Assembly: GCA_028023455.1 (NCBI GenBank) | Contig: JAQFVV010000002.1 | Span: 9,858,001-9,922,000, forward strand | Length of the DNA: 64,000 bases | Reading direction: 5' to 3' | From: Epiperipatus broadwayi | Taxonomy: Eukaryota > Animalia > Onychophora | Part shown: one piece after another, positions 1-11,329 of the stretch | Layout of the letters: every line of letters begins with the position of its first letter | Numbering within the stretch: the first letter of the stretch is position 1 | Notes under the pieces: model-generated | Told to the model about the DNA's origin: nothing | Database searches by the model: none | The model's input: only the letters and a program-made list of their open reading frames with translations | Program-made: the position numbers and the translations under genes

Positions 1-283
1 TCAAATATGACTAAAATAGTGAAGTGATATTTTATTTTGGTATAAATAGTCTTTAAATTATGTGATTGCAGACAGTATCAGATTTATGTAGGTAAACAAA
101 TAACAGATTGGTTTCAAAATTTTAGGATATTTACAAATTTTCAAGCAATTAGCTCAAAAGCATAAAAGAAAAATAAGGTTGCAAGTTGGCTAAAAAAAAA
201 AAGCTTCCCATGAAGAAAACCAAAACCGTAAGAATCAGCCTAGGATGTCTGACATTATATAGATTGGCACTCTTATTTAAAAA

Positions 284-475
284 TGTAGTGTATTCGTGGT
301 GACGTCACAGTTACTGCAGAATGAATATTATTGCAACTGCGAGACTACAGAGGGAAGCCATGCTAACACGGTGATTATGCTTCCCTAGCATTTATAAGCA
401 TTATGTATAGTAATAGTAATAAATGATTAACTAGTAAAGTGTTGTTGTGTTTATTTGTATTCGTGATACACAACA
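284..475 (+). repeat. 5' LTR
   Basis: TGTAGTG...CACAACA, direct repeat of 4489-4680 with 3 substitutions seen by eye. Confidence 0.97.
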
Positions 476-478
476 CTT

Positions 479-497
479 TGGCGACGAGGATGGGATT
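479..497 (+). promoter_or_regulatory. Primer-binding site, tRNA-Ser(GCU)
   Basis: TGGCGACGAGGATGGGATT lies 3 nt after the LTR and is complementary to the 3' end (AAUCCCAUCCUCGUCG-CCA) of metazoan tRNA-Ser(GCU), recalled from memory. Confidence 0.85.
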
Positions 498-597
498 GCC
501 GCTAGCTGCATTATTTTCTTTACCTTGGGATTACGGCAAGAAACTACAGAAATACTTTTCTTTGCGAAGACGTTCAACAAGGCGTTAATGCTCAAGG

Positions 598-1860
598 ATG
601 GCAACTGTCGGGAAGTTATCTGCATTCGACGTCGAGTTCCCACAACTATGGGATACGTATGCATCGCAAGTCGAATTTTATTGTCTGGCGAATGATATTA
701 CAAGTGAAGACAAGAAACGAGCTACTTTGTTGGCAGCCTGCGGACTACAAACGCTATCGATATTGCGGTCTTTGATAGCCCCAGCTCAGCCGTTAGAAAG
801 GTCATATGACGAGCTCACCGCTGTGTTAAAACAATACTTCAATCCAAGGCCCTCTATAATCTATCAGCGCTACCAGTTTTGCCGTCGTGAACAAAAAGAG
901 GGAGAGACTATTAGTGTTTTTCTCGCGGGACTGAGACGTCTCGCGGAAGGATGTGATTTTGGCACGACACTCGTCGAGCGCCTCCGTGACCAGTTTGTTT
1001 GTGGACTGAGAGATGAAGGTGTACAGAACCGACTGCTCACCGAAGAAACATTAACCCTAGATGCCGCAGTGCAGAGGAGTTTAGCAGCCGAGGCAGCGGG
1101 GACCCAGGTGCGGGAGATGCATGCTTCTGGATTGTCATCATCAGTGGATCTAATACAACACCGCCGGCAGTTTCCTACCAAACACAAAACGGAGTTACAA
1201 AAACATATAATGCCGACTGTGCCATGTTGCGGCTGTGGTGGTACACATGTTCGTACAGAATGCCCTTTTCGCCGAGCAAAATGCCATTTTTGCCGAAAGA
1301 CAGGTCACATCCAAAGGGTATGTAAGGCCCGACAACAGGACACTCAGACATCATCCACCCAGTGCATGGCAGTGAAAGGGGAATTGGATACTGATGGGGC
1401 ATTGGACTTAATATACAAGCTCCATAGTGACAGCAAAACTCTCAGAACTACAGCAAGAGTGCTTATTAACAATACTAAATGTTGCATGGAAGTAGATTCC
1501 GGATCGGAATATTCAATTGTATCTCGGGGGGTTTTTCAAGACTTGTGCAAAGGAAAACCGCCAGTGTTGGAACCTGTGCAAACGACACTGCGAGATTTTC
1601 AGCAAAACCGGATCACCTTTATGGGACAGTGCTTTGTCAGCGTCAAATACGGAAAGTATTCAGCTTGTTTACGCCTGTTAATTGCGGAAAGAGCATGTAC
1701 AAATCTACTTGGCCGTGAATGGTTTGCCCCCTTGGGAATATTTTTATCGGGGTGCATTCAGTTCGACATTCACCAATGCAAGATATCATTGATGCTTTTC
1801 CCCAGGTTTTCAGCACTACTCTTGGAAGATATCGAGGATCGCCAGTGTCTTTACCGATAG
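598..1860 (+). CDS. gag: Gag plus aspartic protease
   Basis: LRDQFVCGL Gag motif, CCHC knuckle CHFCRKTGHIQRVC, protease MEVDSGS...LLGREWF. The last ~37 aa are probably out-of-frame read-through. Confidence 0.93.
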   Translation: MATVGKLSAFDVEFPQLWDTYASQVEFYCLANDITSEDKKRATLLAACGLQTLSILRSLIAPAQPLERSYDELTAVLKQYFNPRPSIIYQRYQFCRREQKEGETISVFLAGLRRLAEGCDFGTTLVERLRDQFVCGLRDEGVQNRLLTEETLTLDAAVQRSLAAEAAGTQVREMHASGLSSSVDLIQHRRQFPTKHKTELQKHIMPTVPCCGCGGTHVRTECPFRRAKCHFCRKTGHIQRVCKARQQDTQTSSTQCMAVKGELDTDGALDLIYKLHSDSKTLRTTARVLINNTKCCMEVDSGSEYSIVSRGVFQDLCKGKPPVLEPVQTTLRDFQQNRITFMGQCFVSVKYGKYSACLRLLIAERACTNLLGREWFAPLGIFLSGCIQFDIHQCKISLMLFPRFSALLLEDIEDRQCLYR

Positions 1861-4493
1861 ACCCAAAAATACCACCTATTCGCCTCCGAGCCCGGCCATT
1901 GCCATTGGCTATGAAACCAAAGGTTGATGCAGCGCTAGACACCTTATTAAAGGACGGAATCATTGAGCCAGTTTGCGACCCTGTATGGGCAACACCAGTG
2001 GTGCCCATCATCAAAGCGTCAGGAGAGGTCCGCCTTTGCGGTGATTATAAGGTGACCGTAAATCAAGCATTAAGAGATCACCCATATCCAATACCAGCAG
2101 TACACCATTTTCTCGCATCGTTTCCTAGGAGTTCAGTGTTTGCAAAAATAGACTTAGCTCGAGCATACCTACAACTGCCGGTAGATGAGGCATCGGCGGA
2201 TGCACAGACCATTATCACTCATCGGGGAGCCTTCCGAGTGAAGAGATTGCAGTACGGCATTAGCGTGGCCCCAGGAATATTTCAGGGAATGGTGGACAAC
2301 ATACTAGGAGGTATTCAGGGAGTTTTCCCATACTTCGATGATGTACTGATATGTGCAACATCTGATACGGACCTAACCACCAAATTAAGAACAGTCTGCA
2401 GCAAATTGGCTGCCTGTGGGCTGAGTGTAAATAAAGACAAATGTGTCCTCGGAGTGTCGTCGATAGATTTTTTGGGATACACCCTGGATGCAGAGGGCCT
2501 GCACCCAGCGGCCGACAAGGTGGCTGCTATTAGGAGAGCACCGACACCAACAGATAAGAAGAAGCTACAGGCATTCTTGGGGTTGCTCAACTTCTACAGT
2601 AACTTTTTGCCACACCGAGCTACGACAGCCGAACCACTACATAAATTGCTTAAGGCGGATACAGTATGGTCATGGACCAAAGAACACGAGAGAGCGTTCA
2701 CACAATTGAAGGAGGCCCTGACGTCCGACGATGTGCTGGTGCCTTTCGATCCCCGCCAACAAGTGGTGGTAACCTGCGACGCTTCACCATATGGAGTGGG
2801 AGCAGTACTTAGCCTGAAGTATGCAAACGGCCTATGTTCACCGGTTGCTTTTGCATCACGAACACTCACCAAGTCTGAAAGGAATTACGCTCAGATAGAC
2901 CGGGAAGCACTTGCTATTATATTCGGGGTGAAACATTTCCACCATTTCGTATATGGAATACCGTTCGAGATAGTGACTGACCACAAGCCACTGCTGGGAA
3001 TCTTCACGTCAGACCGGCCGACCCCATTCATTCTATCACCCCGAATGCAAAGGTGGGCATGCCTCTTGACGGCTTACAACTTCAGACTGCAGTATGCACC
3101 AGGGAGGAGCATAGGGAACGCAGATGCACTGAGTAGGTGGCCATCCCCTGCAGTTCAGCAGAGTGAGGAGAAGCTGCGAGCAGTATTATTCCTTGAGGAC
3201 TTGGAAAACCCACCAGTTTCTGCAGAACAGATCGAGAAAGAGACTAAAGCAGACCCTGTGCTATCTAGAGTAAAGGAGTGCATCCTGACAGCATGGCCAA
3301 CACACATTCAACAAGATCTTCGATCTTATCTGTCGCGAAAAAATGAGTTGTCAACACACCGAGGATGTTTACTGTGGGGGGCACGGGTGGTCATACCGAC
3401 ATCTCTTAGACCCATAGTTCTTCGTGAGCTGCACCTGGGACACATGGGAATTGTGAGAACAAAAGCACTTGCACGCTCATACGTCTGGTGGCCTGGAATG
3501 GACCAGGACATAGAACAACTAATAGCTAAATGTAACAACTGTCAAGAGATACGACACCAGCAACCACGTGCACCAACACATCACTGGGAGATTCCAGCTC
3601 TGCCATGGTCACGAATACATGTGGATTACGCTGGACCTATCCAGGGGAAAATGATTTTAGTTGTCGTGGATGCACACTCGAAATGGATCGACGTCCGTGA
3701 AATGCCATCGACAACGACTGGAGCTACCATCTCAGCACTTAGAGAACTTTTCGCAACACACGGTCTTCCCGAATGCATTGTCTCAGATAACGGCCCTCAG
3801 TTCACTGCGATGGAGTTCACCACCTTCCTTCACCGGAATGGCATTCGCCATGCAAGAGTTGCTCCGTATCATCCATCAAGCAACGGGTTGGCAGAACGTG
3901 CAGTACAATCTGTTAAGGAGGGATTGCAACGTCTACGCAACGGGACCTGGAGTCAGCGGCTGGCACGTTATTTACTAATGCAACACACTACGCCATCAAC
4001 AGCAACAGGACTTAGCCCGGCCGAGCTACTGTTCAAGCGGCGCATAAGAACATGCCTGGATTTTCTGCACCCTGACAGGGCACCGCAAATAACTCAGACA
4101 CCGATACAAAGGGTACGAACATTCCAACCACAGGATACAATTTTGACACGTAGGGCTGGAAAGAACTCACCATGGATACCTGCAGTTATCCAACATCAGA
4201 CAGGACCATTGTCATACGAGATTCTAACGGACTCCGGAATTCAAAAAAGACATGTAGACCACTTGCGACCTAGAGCGGTAAATGCCCACACAGAGGAAAC
4301 TGCGGCAAACCAGGATAGTCAGAATGAGACAGCACTTGGAGAACCCATTCAGGTGGCCACACCTACCACCAGTATACACCGAGAGAGTAAACCACAAACA
4401 CCTAGTGGTCGCCCTCGGCGAGTACGCCGCCCTCCTGCACGTCTGTTGGACTATGACACGTCTCAAAAAAGGGGGGAAAGGGAAGGAGTGTAG
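1719..4493 (+). CDS. pol: Pol (RT-RNase H-integrase), -1 frame relative to gag-PR
   Basis: RT YFDD, RNase H CDAS/DREAL/TDHKPL, integrase HHCC and DYAG/SDNGPQF/NGLAERAV. The stop codon falls inside the 3' LTR. Confidence 0.95.
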   Translation: MVCPLGNIFIGVHSVRHSPMQDIIDAFPQVFSTTLGRYRGSPVSLPIDPKIPPIRLRARPLPLAMKPKVDAALDTLLKDGIIEPVCDPVWATPVVPIIKASGEVRLCGDYKVTVNQALRDHPYPIPAVHHFLASFPRSSVFAKIDLARAYLQLPVDEASADAQTIITHRGAFRVKRLQYGISVAPGIFQGMVDNILGGIQGVFPYFDDVLICATSDTDLTTKLRTVCSKLAACGLSVNKDKCVLGVSSIDFLGYTLDAEGLHPAADKVAAIRRAPTPTDKKKLQAFLGLLNFYSNFLPHRATTAEPLHKLLKADTVWSWTKEHERAFTQLKEALTSDDVLVPFDPRQQVVVTCDASPYGVGAVLSLKYANGLCSPVAFASRTLTKSERNYAQIDREALAIIFGVKHFHHFVYGIPFEIVTDHKPLLGIFTSDRPTPFILSPRMQRWACLLTAYNFRLQYAPGRSIGNADALSRWPSPAVQQSEEKLRAVLFLEDLENPPVSAEQIEKETKADPVLSRVKECILTAWPTHIQQDLRSYLSRKNELSTHRGCLLWGARVVIPTSLRPIVLRELHLGHMGIVRTKALARSYVWWPGMDQDIEQLIAKCNNCQEIRHQQPRAPTHHWEIPALPWSRIHVDYAGPIQGKMILVVVDAHSKWIDVREMPSTTTGATISALRELFATHGLPECIVSDNGPQFTAMEFTTFLHRNGIRHARVAPYHPSSNGLAERAVQSVKEGLQRLRNGTWSQRLARYLLMQHTTPSTATGLSPAELLFKRRIRTCLDFLHPDRAPQITQTPIQRVRTFQPQDTILTRRAGKNSPWIPAVIQHQTGPLSYEILTDSGIQKRHVDHLRPRAVNAHTEETAANQDSQNETALGEPIQVATPTTSIHRESKPQTPSGRPRRVRRPPARLLDYDTSQKRGEREGV
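4465..4488 (+). promoter_or_regulatory. Polypurine tract
   Basis: AAAAAAGGGGGGAAAGGGAAGGAG directly before the 3' LTR. Confidence 0.92.
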
Positions 4494-4680
4494 TGTATTC
4501 GTGGTGACGTCACAGTTACTGCAGAATGAATATTATCGCAACTGCGAGACTACAGAGGGAAGCCATGTTAGCACGGTGATTATGCTTCCCTAGCATTTAT
4601 AAGCATTATGTATAGTAATAGTAATAAATGATTAACTAGTAAAGTGTTGTTGTGTTTATTTGTATTCGTGATACACAACA
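4489..4680 (+). repeat. 3' LTR
   Basis: 192-bp direct repeat of 284-475. Confidence 0.97.
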
Positions 4681-5881
4681 AAAGATGCTTCTGAAATGAA
4701 AATGTTTGTAATTAACCTGTTCTATATGAAGTATTTGGTTAGAATGATAAACTTTTCTTTGCCCTTGCAACCATACACAAAACTGAAAGCTCCCATATAC
4801 TCGATTGGAATGTATTCTTAGACTATTGTCCAAGATCTGCATACATTTTTAATGTTGGAATACTAAGTTTCACTACAATCCTCACATTATATAATTTCAA
4901 ATTTATTATCTGAATAATAATACTTTAAATAGATCTTTGTTAAGTAAACTATTCACATTTTTCATTGCCCCCTCCTTCCACAACACATAATTGATACTGC
5001 TGTTTTAGTTTCGTCAACGAAAGGTTGTTTATTGTTAGTTTTATGTTGGTATTCTCTACGAGCTTTATGTAATAAAATTTAATGCTTACAGGTCCAATAA
5101 TGAAACTATCGCGTAAAATAAGGATTTACAAAAGTTTAAAATTACTTTAATCACTAATTATACAAATCTCACTTAAGACATTCTCAGAAAAGATATCCGA
5201 TAAAATAGTGCTAGTTAATGAAAACAAAGGAAATTAATTCATTAACGTTGCCAGTTTCCCAATACTGTATACATTTTTAATTTAATTATTTTAGCGACTT
5301 TTACTTTAGAAAAGTGGATCAGAGACATTTTGTATATATTAAGGTTCATTAAAAATATAAACTATTTCATTTTGTTATATAAATACAACATAAATTACAA
5401 TACAAATTTGTTTAAAGAAGTATTTTCAGAAACTTACCGTTAACAGATCTATTACTAAAGATTGTTTCTCAATGAGTATTCTACCTAAATAAGAAAAAAA
5501 TATCAGGAAATATATAAATATAATATTCACAAATATAGATATATTGCAGTTCCGTTTCACATTGAACACATTATAAATTGAAATTAAAACTAGGTCGAGA
5601 AATAAAACTAATATTTTTTTAAAAAATTCAAACAAAACAAAAAAATAAATTTTACCATTCTGATTTAAATCGAAATTAGTTTACAATTTTTCTGAGAATG
5701 ATTTTTAAATTAAGCAATATTGTACAATAAAAATCAATGTCAAAATGTAAGCCTATGTAGTTTTAAAAGAACGTTAAGAATGAACACATGACAAGTTTTT
5801 TTTTTAATCTCGAACTCAAAGCGTCTATAATAAACTATCATACAAAGTGTATATAATTTAAAAAAGTAAATTAATTGTAAA

Positions 5882-6478
5882 TGTTATGAGTGATGGTGAT
5901 GGGTTAACCTCAGTATGTTGCTGAGATTTATTCCTGGGTTAGTCAGATAGGAATGTGAGAGTGTGGAAAGGAGTTAACAATGAAATAATTGAAAAGTTAG
6001 CGAGTATATATTTTAATTACTATTATATTCCAACACACGGGTAACTTTAATATATAAGGACATGAAGATAATACATAAATGCGGAAGTAGTCTGAAGGTT
6101 TACGCAAAATAAAAGTAAAGATCTGCATGAACTGTAAATTGTTTATCTACATACTCATGGACTATGAGCTGTTCCCTAAGTCTTAGCTGTCTTCCAGGCT
6201 TTTTGGATTTATTTATATTCTTCCTAATGTCGCGAGTAAATAATTAACTAATAGGAAGGGGTTTAGCAAATAGTAATTAGTATAGATTGATTTTTTAAAA
6301 AATAACCCTCTGCTAATCATTTAATTAGTAATCACTTTGTCGACTGAAATTAACTTAATTCTATAGTTATTCTAATAGGCAGTATCTATTTTGAAAATTA
6401 GGACAAGTATACTCAAAATTATTTTCAAATTAATAAAATATAGTAATAAATAGCCGTTCCAATATCAAAAAAATAACA
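5882..6478. repeat. Probable solo LTR, related to 35749-36340
   Basis: TGTTA...TAACA termini like the LTRs at 26215/31076, and colinear similarity to 35.75-36.3 kb. No TSD seen. Confidence 0.5.
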
Positions 6479-6733
6479 GAGGCAGAGAGAGGAAAAAAGA
6501 AACACTCTAGAATGAGCTTTGTAATAAGTAAACATACTAATCTGAATCACAATATCCTCATATAAAACATGCTGGTTTATTTTTCTGTTTTCTCAATATT
6601 TTGCAATGTTCTCTTTCAGTTTCTTTAATAGAAAACTTTTCTTTCTGAAATACTTCAACAATATGTTTAATTCCTGAAGGTTTATGATAATGGTATTTTA
6701 GTTACATTTATATATTGAGCTATTTCTATAATA

Positions 6734-6854
6734 TAATATTAAGTATTGAATGTCTTTAGAAAAAATAACTTTATTTAAATTTTCCAATTACATTCAATTG
6801 GAAAATTTAAAAAACGTTATTTTTTTCTAAAAAGACATTCAATACTTAATATTA
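6734..6854. repeat. AT-rich fold-back palindrome
   Basis: TAATATTAAGTATTGAATGTCTTT...AAAGACATTCAATACTTAATATTA, arms about 55 bp with a short spacer. Confidence 0.85.
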
Positions 6855-7139
6855 GATGATGGAAATTATCCAACATATAAATACAACTATGTTTAATTGT
6901 TGCTATCAAATATATTCTATGCTCTGCCATATTTTCCCAATGGAAGCAATTGAAATTGCACTTCTTTAGACTTATCTTTGAGATAATCATTATAACATAG
7001 AGAAATGCTCAGGTTTACCATAAAATATTCTTTTAGGAAATCTTCCAATGTGCATTTGTTTTACATGTCCAATCCAACAAAGGTGGAATTTAATTTAATC
7101 TTTTATATATTTATTCATATGTCATCATCATCATCATTA

Positions 7140-10127
7140 TCAACCATTATCAATCCACTGCAGGATGAAGGTCTCTCCAAGTTTAATCCATCTTCTCCGA
7201 TCTTTAGCTTCTCTTCTCCACATCACCCCTACACATTTTCTTATTTCATCCATCCATCTCACATGTGGTCTCCTTCTAGGTCTTTTACAATCTCTTGGAA
7301 TCCAGTTCAAAATTTCAATTGTCCATCTATTATCATCTCTTCCAGCAACATGTCCAGCCCAACTCCACTTCAATCCTTTAATCCTTTCAATGAGGTCAGT
7401 AACACCTGTTTGTTCTCTTACTCATACATTGCGTTTTCGATCTCTTCTTGTTACTCCCAACATACATCTCTCCATACTTCTTTGAGCGGTCTGAAGTCTC
7501 TGTATTGATCTTCCATTAAGTGTCCAAGTCTCAGATCCATAAGTAAGAACTGGTAAAACACATTTGTTAAAAACCTTTCTTTTCAAACACATAGGCATAT
7601 TTCCTTTTAATATCAAGTTATTTCTACCAAAAGCACTCCAACCAAGTTTAATTCTATGATTAATTTCCTCTATTATGTTTCCATCTGTATTAATAATCTG
7701 ACCAAGGTATTTGTAACTCTTAACTTCTTCTAATTCATCATAATCAATCTTTATTTTCATATTTTGAGCAAATCGATTAAACATTACTTTAGTCTTTTTA
7801 ACATTTATCTTTAGTCCTACTTTCCTACTTTCATCTGATAACTCCTGCAACATTTCCTGCAGCTCGGAAGCATTATTTGCAAAAACAACTACATCATCTG
7901 CGAAATCTAAATGACTTAAATAATCTCCATTTACTTTCACTCCTTTAGTTTCCCATTTTAATCCACAAAATACTTCTTGCAGCACTGCTGTAAAAAGTTT
8001 TGGAGATATGGAGTCACCTTGTCTTACACCTTTCTCAATGTTGACTTTCCCAGTATCATTATGTAATCTAATTGTTGCTGTTGCATTTTTATAAATATTC
8101 TTTAAAATATGACAATATCCTGGATCTATACCTTGATGATCCAATGCTTTAATCACTGAAGAAATGTTTATAGAATCAAATGCCTTTTCATAATCTACAA
8201 ATCCAAAACACAATGACAACTCATATTCATTTGTCCTTTCTATAACTTCTCTCAATACTTGAATATGATCTACTGTACTAAAACTACTTTTAAATCCAGC
8301 TTGTTCTCTTGGTTGGTGAAAATCCAAGGTTCTCTGTAGACGAGTTGTAATTATCTTGGTAAAAATTTTATATAAAACTGATAAAAGGCTGATAGGTCTA
8401 TAATTTCTAATATCTTCTTTATCATCTTTTTTAAATATTAATATTATTACTGCATTCTTCCAATCATCCGGTACATCTTTATCATTTAGACATTTGGTAT
8501 ATAACTTTGCTAATATTTTTTCTGTTTCTTCACCTGCTTCTTTTAATATATCAATTATAATTCCATCATTACATGGAGCCTTTCCTTTTTTCATACATTT
8601 AATTGCATTTCTCACTTCTTCATTTAAAATTCTGGGCAATTCGGAAGATGTAATAGATATAGGAGGTACTTGTTCTTTATTACTATATAATTCTCGATAA
8701 AAATCTTCTACCAATTTCATAATGTCATCCCTCTTTTTAGTAATAATTGCATCTTTTTTCCTTATTGCAGATATAAATTTCCTACCAATACCAAAATGTT
8801 GTTTTACATTCTTAAGACTTTTATTTTCTTCTACAGCTTTTCTTGCTAATTCACAGTTATACTTTCTTATATCATTTTCAACTCTTTTCCGCACCATTTT
8901 ACAAAATTCGAGATATTCAATTCTTTTTAATGCATCATTCTTGCATATCTTCATATTCCTTCTTTTCTTCATAAGTTCTCTAGTCTCAGTAGAAATTTTA
9001 TTAGTCAATTGCTGCTTTTTTCTACCAGCTATCTTTGTTGCAGTTTTTAAAAGTGTATCAGTTATTTTCATATTAATTTCATTCAAATCTGAATCATGTT
9101 CAAAATCTACTAATACTTGAAACCGATTTGTAAGTTCTAATTTAAATTCATTAGAATGTTTCTGAAGATTAGGAATATCAACTGTAAATATAGTTTTTCT
9201 TAATAATTTTTGTCTCTCTAGTTTTACATTAACATGTATCTTACCCCTTACTAATCGATGATCACTTCCTGTGTTAAATTTATTAAGAACATTACAATCT
9301 TGAAATATGTATTTCCTGTTAGTCAAAATATAATCCAATTCTGCTGTACCTTCATTTGGATGCTTCCATGTCCATTTCCTTCTAACATTTTTCTCAAAAA
9401 AAGAATTCATAATATAAAGTTTTTCCTTCTCTGCAAACTCCACAAGTCTATGTCCTCTCTCATTTCTATTACCATAACCAAAATTACCTACAACACTTTC
9501 ATCTTTCATTTGTTTACCAATTCTAGCATTAAAATCTCCCATAACAATTTTAAAATGTTGTTTACTCTGATCAAAAGCCTTTTGTACATCCATATAAAAA
9601 TCTTCTACTACTTCATCACTGTGAGAACTTGTTGGGGCATAAACCTGAATTATCTGCATTTGATATCTGCTATTAAGTTGTATAACTAGTCTTGCCACTC
9701 TGTCTGATACACCATCAATCTCCACAATATTGTTCTTCCACTTTTTATTTATAATGAATCCTACTCCACTTGTATTTCCAATATTTGTGCCTTTATAATA
9801 GAGCATATGTCCACTTTTTAAATCAATTGTCTCTTCACCTTTTCTTCTAACTTCACAAAGTCCAATAATATCCCATTTAATATAAGAGAGTTCTTCTTCT
9901 AATTCTTGCAATCTTCCTTCACTTGAAAGTGATCTGCAGTTGTAAGTACCTAAATAAAAAGTCGTCATCAAATGGCAGCCTGGGTCCACCTCCAGGATAT
10001 TCTTAGCACCCTCCGCCTTTGGCCACCAACCGCTGCCTTGGTTGGTGACTTTACAGCCTCCTGGGATTAAGGGCCATGCTTTATTTTTGTCTGTCATAAT
10101 TGTATAATTGGGAAAAATCTTTATCAT
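7140..10127 (-). pseudogene. RTE ORF (APE endonuclease + RT) with one premature stop
   Basis: GDFNARIG and GSDH (APE), GVRQGD, FADD and YKYLG (RT). A TGA at 7422-7424, probably from TGG, separates the 901-aa ORF from its in-frame C-terminus (LKWSWAGHV...WIDNG). Confidence 0.93.
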
Positions 10128-10253
10128 TTACACAAACATTCATTCTGCCTTATCAGGCACTGAGAAGAAAGACCATGGTGTTTCTTGATCTTAAACTCAG
10201 AGGTAAAAAGCCAATAAACTCACCACGCTGGCTAATGCGTGTTGGTGAGCAGC

Positions 10254-10419
10254 CCATCCATGTTTGTATACTATATGAATAAACATATAGTAATAACAGC
10301 TGCAACGACAAGAACGTATGGAGTGGACATTAGGAATTTGCCCTGCTCGGTTCCTTTAAGGCCTCCAAGAGGAATCAAAGGGTCTCCTTTCAGTTAATAG
10401 CAAACTCCTTTCTGCAGCC
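10254..10419 (-). ncRNA. HDV/CPEB3-like self-cleaving ribozyme at the RTE 5' end
   Basis: Hand-folded: P1 GGCUGCA/UGCAGCU, P3 ACG/CGU, L3 UUCUUGU, GU after P1, P4 UACUAUAUG/CAUAUAGUA, J4/2 CAAAC, P2 CCACUCCAU/AUGGAUGG, long J1/2 with a 10-bp helix. Confidence 0.85.
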
Positions 10420-11329
10420 TATTCATATGTAGATATTAAAAAATAAATATGTATCTTATTTTGTATTGCACTCATTTAAATGAACCTTTACTATAGGGCA
10501 TGAAGAATAAATTCATCAGGGGTTTGTGTATAAATACCACATCCAGCAAGCAGAACACATTGATCAATTTTATGATCTTGCCATATTATAAAAATTTTAT
10601 AGAGTATTCTTAAATTAAATTTTGTCAATGCCTTTGTATTGAGCTAATAGAGGGTTCTAGTTTCATTTCCATATAATAAATTAGGTAAAATGATAGCTTT
10701 TTATGCAGCTATTTCAATTGTAGTAGTTATTTCCATGTAATGAAGTAGTCTTTGTTTTTACTTGTTAAAAGTAGCAGCAGCACATTAGGGCCTGTGTTGT
10801 ATCTAAATCCACCTTTCTATTTATAAAATTATCAAGGTATTTAAACTGATTTATGTTCCCAAATTGATAATCATCCAAACCAAATTAAAGTTTTTATAGT
10901 TGCCATTCAAAACATTAAGAACATTATAAATCTACTTTGAACAGGAAAAAGTAGCACAATTTAGAATCCAAGAAGAAAAAATTATTGTTTTCACTCTTAA
11001 CGGATTCAAATTGAAAATTCTACTATTGCTATGACTCTGAGCAATCCCTATATTTGAGAACAGACATATGCTTATAAAATTTATCCCAGGTAAAAACAAA
11101 CTATGAGAACTTGTGATTATTATTTAATATATAACTAATATAAGCATTTATACCATCATTAATTTTACAAAATGCCTGTATATTCAACTATATGCAAACT
11201 TAAACTATATACAAACCCATAGTCATACAAAAATCATAATGAAGGACGATGTGATCTGTTAAAATTCATACACTTGCTTTGGTATGTTCAAAAGCAAATC
11301 TTTCTATGGCAGAAGCACTCTAAAGTAAC

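Larger units (their letters stand above)
284..4680 (+). mobile_element. Near-intact Ty3/Gypsy LTR retrotransposon (K02A2.6-like), young
   Basis: Two 192-bp TG...CA LTRs, PBS, gag-PR and RT-RH-IN ORFs in Gypsy order, PPT. Flanks AAAAA/AAAGA form an imperfect 5-bp TSD. Confidence 0.97.
7123..10419 (-). mobile_element. Full-length RTE-clade LINE
   Basis: Single APE-RT ORF, (TGA)n 3' tail, flanked by 11-bp TSD TATTCATATGT (7112-7122 and 10420-10430). Confidence 0.95.

Noticed and set aside
870-4466. Short overlapping and antisense ORFs within the Gypsy element (likewise 7005-9689 and 27400-30984)
   Set aside because: They are shadow frames of TE coding sequence with no motifs.
9985-10085. Twister- or HDV-like fold near the RTE ORF start (UAA, GAGGG, GCUAA motifs)
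   Set aside because: Hairpins exist, but the required pseudoknot partners could not be placed.
10505-10525. CUGAUGA on the minus strand
   Set aside because: No downstream stem II, GAAA or stem I.
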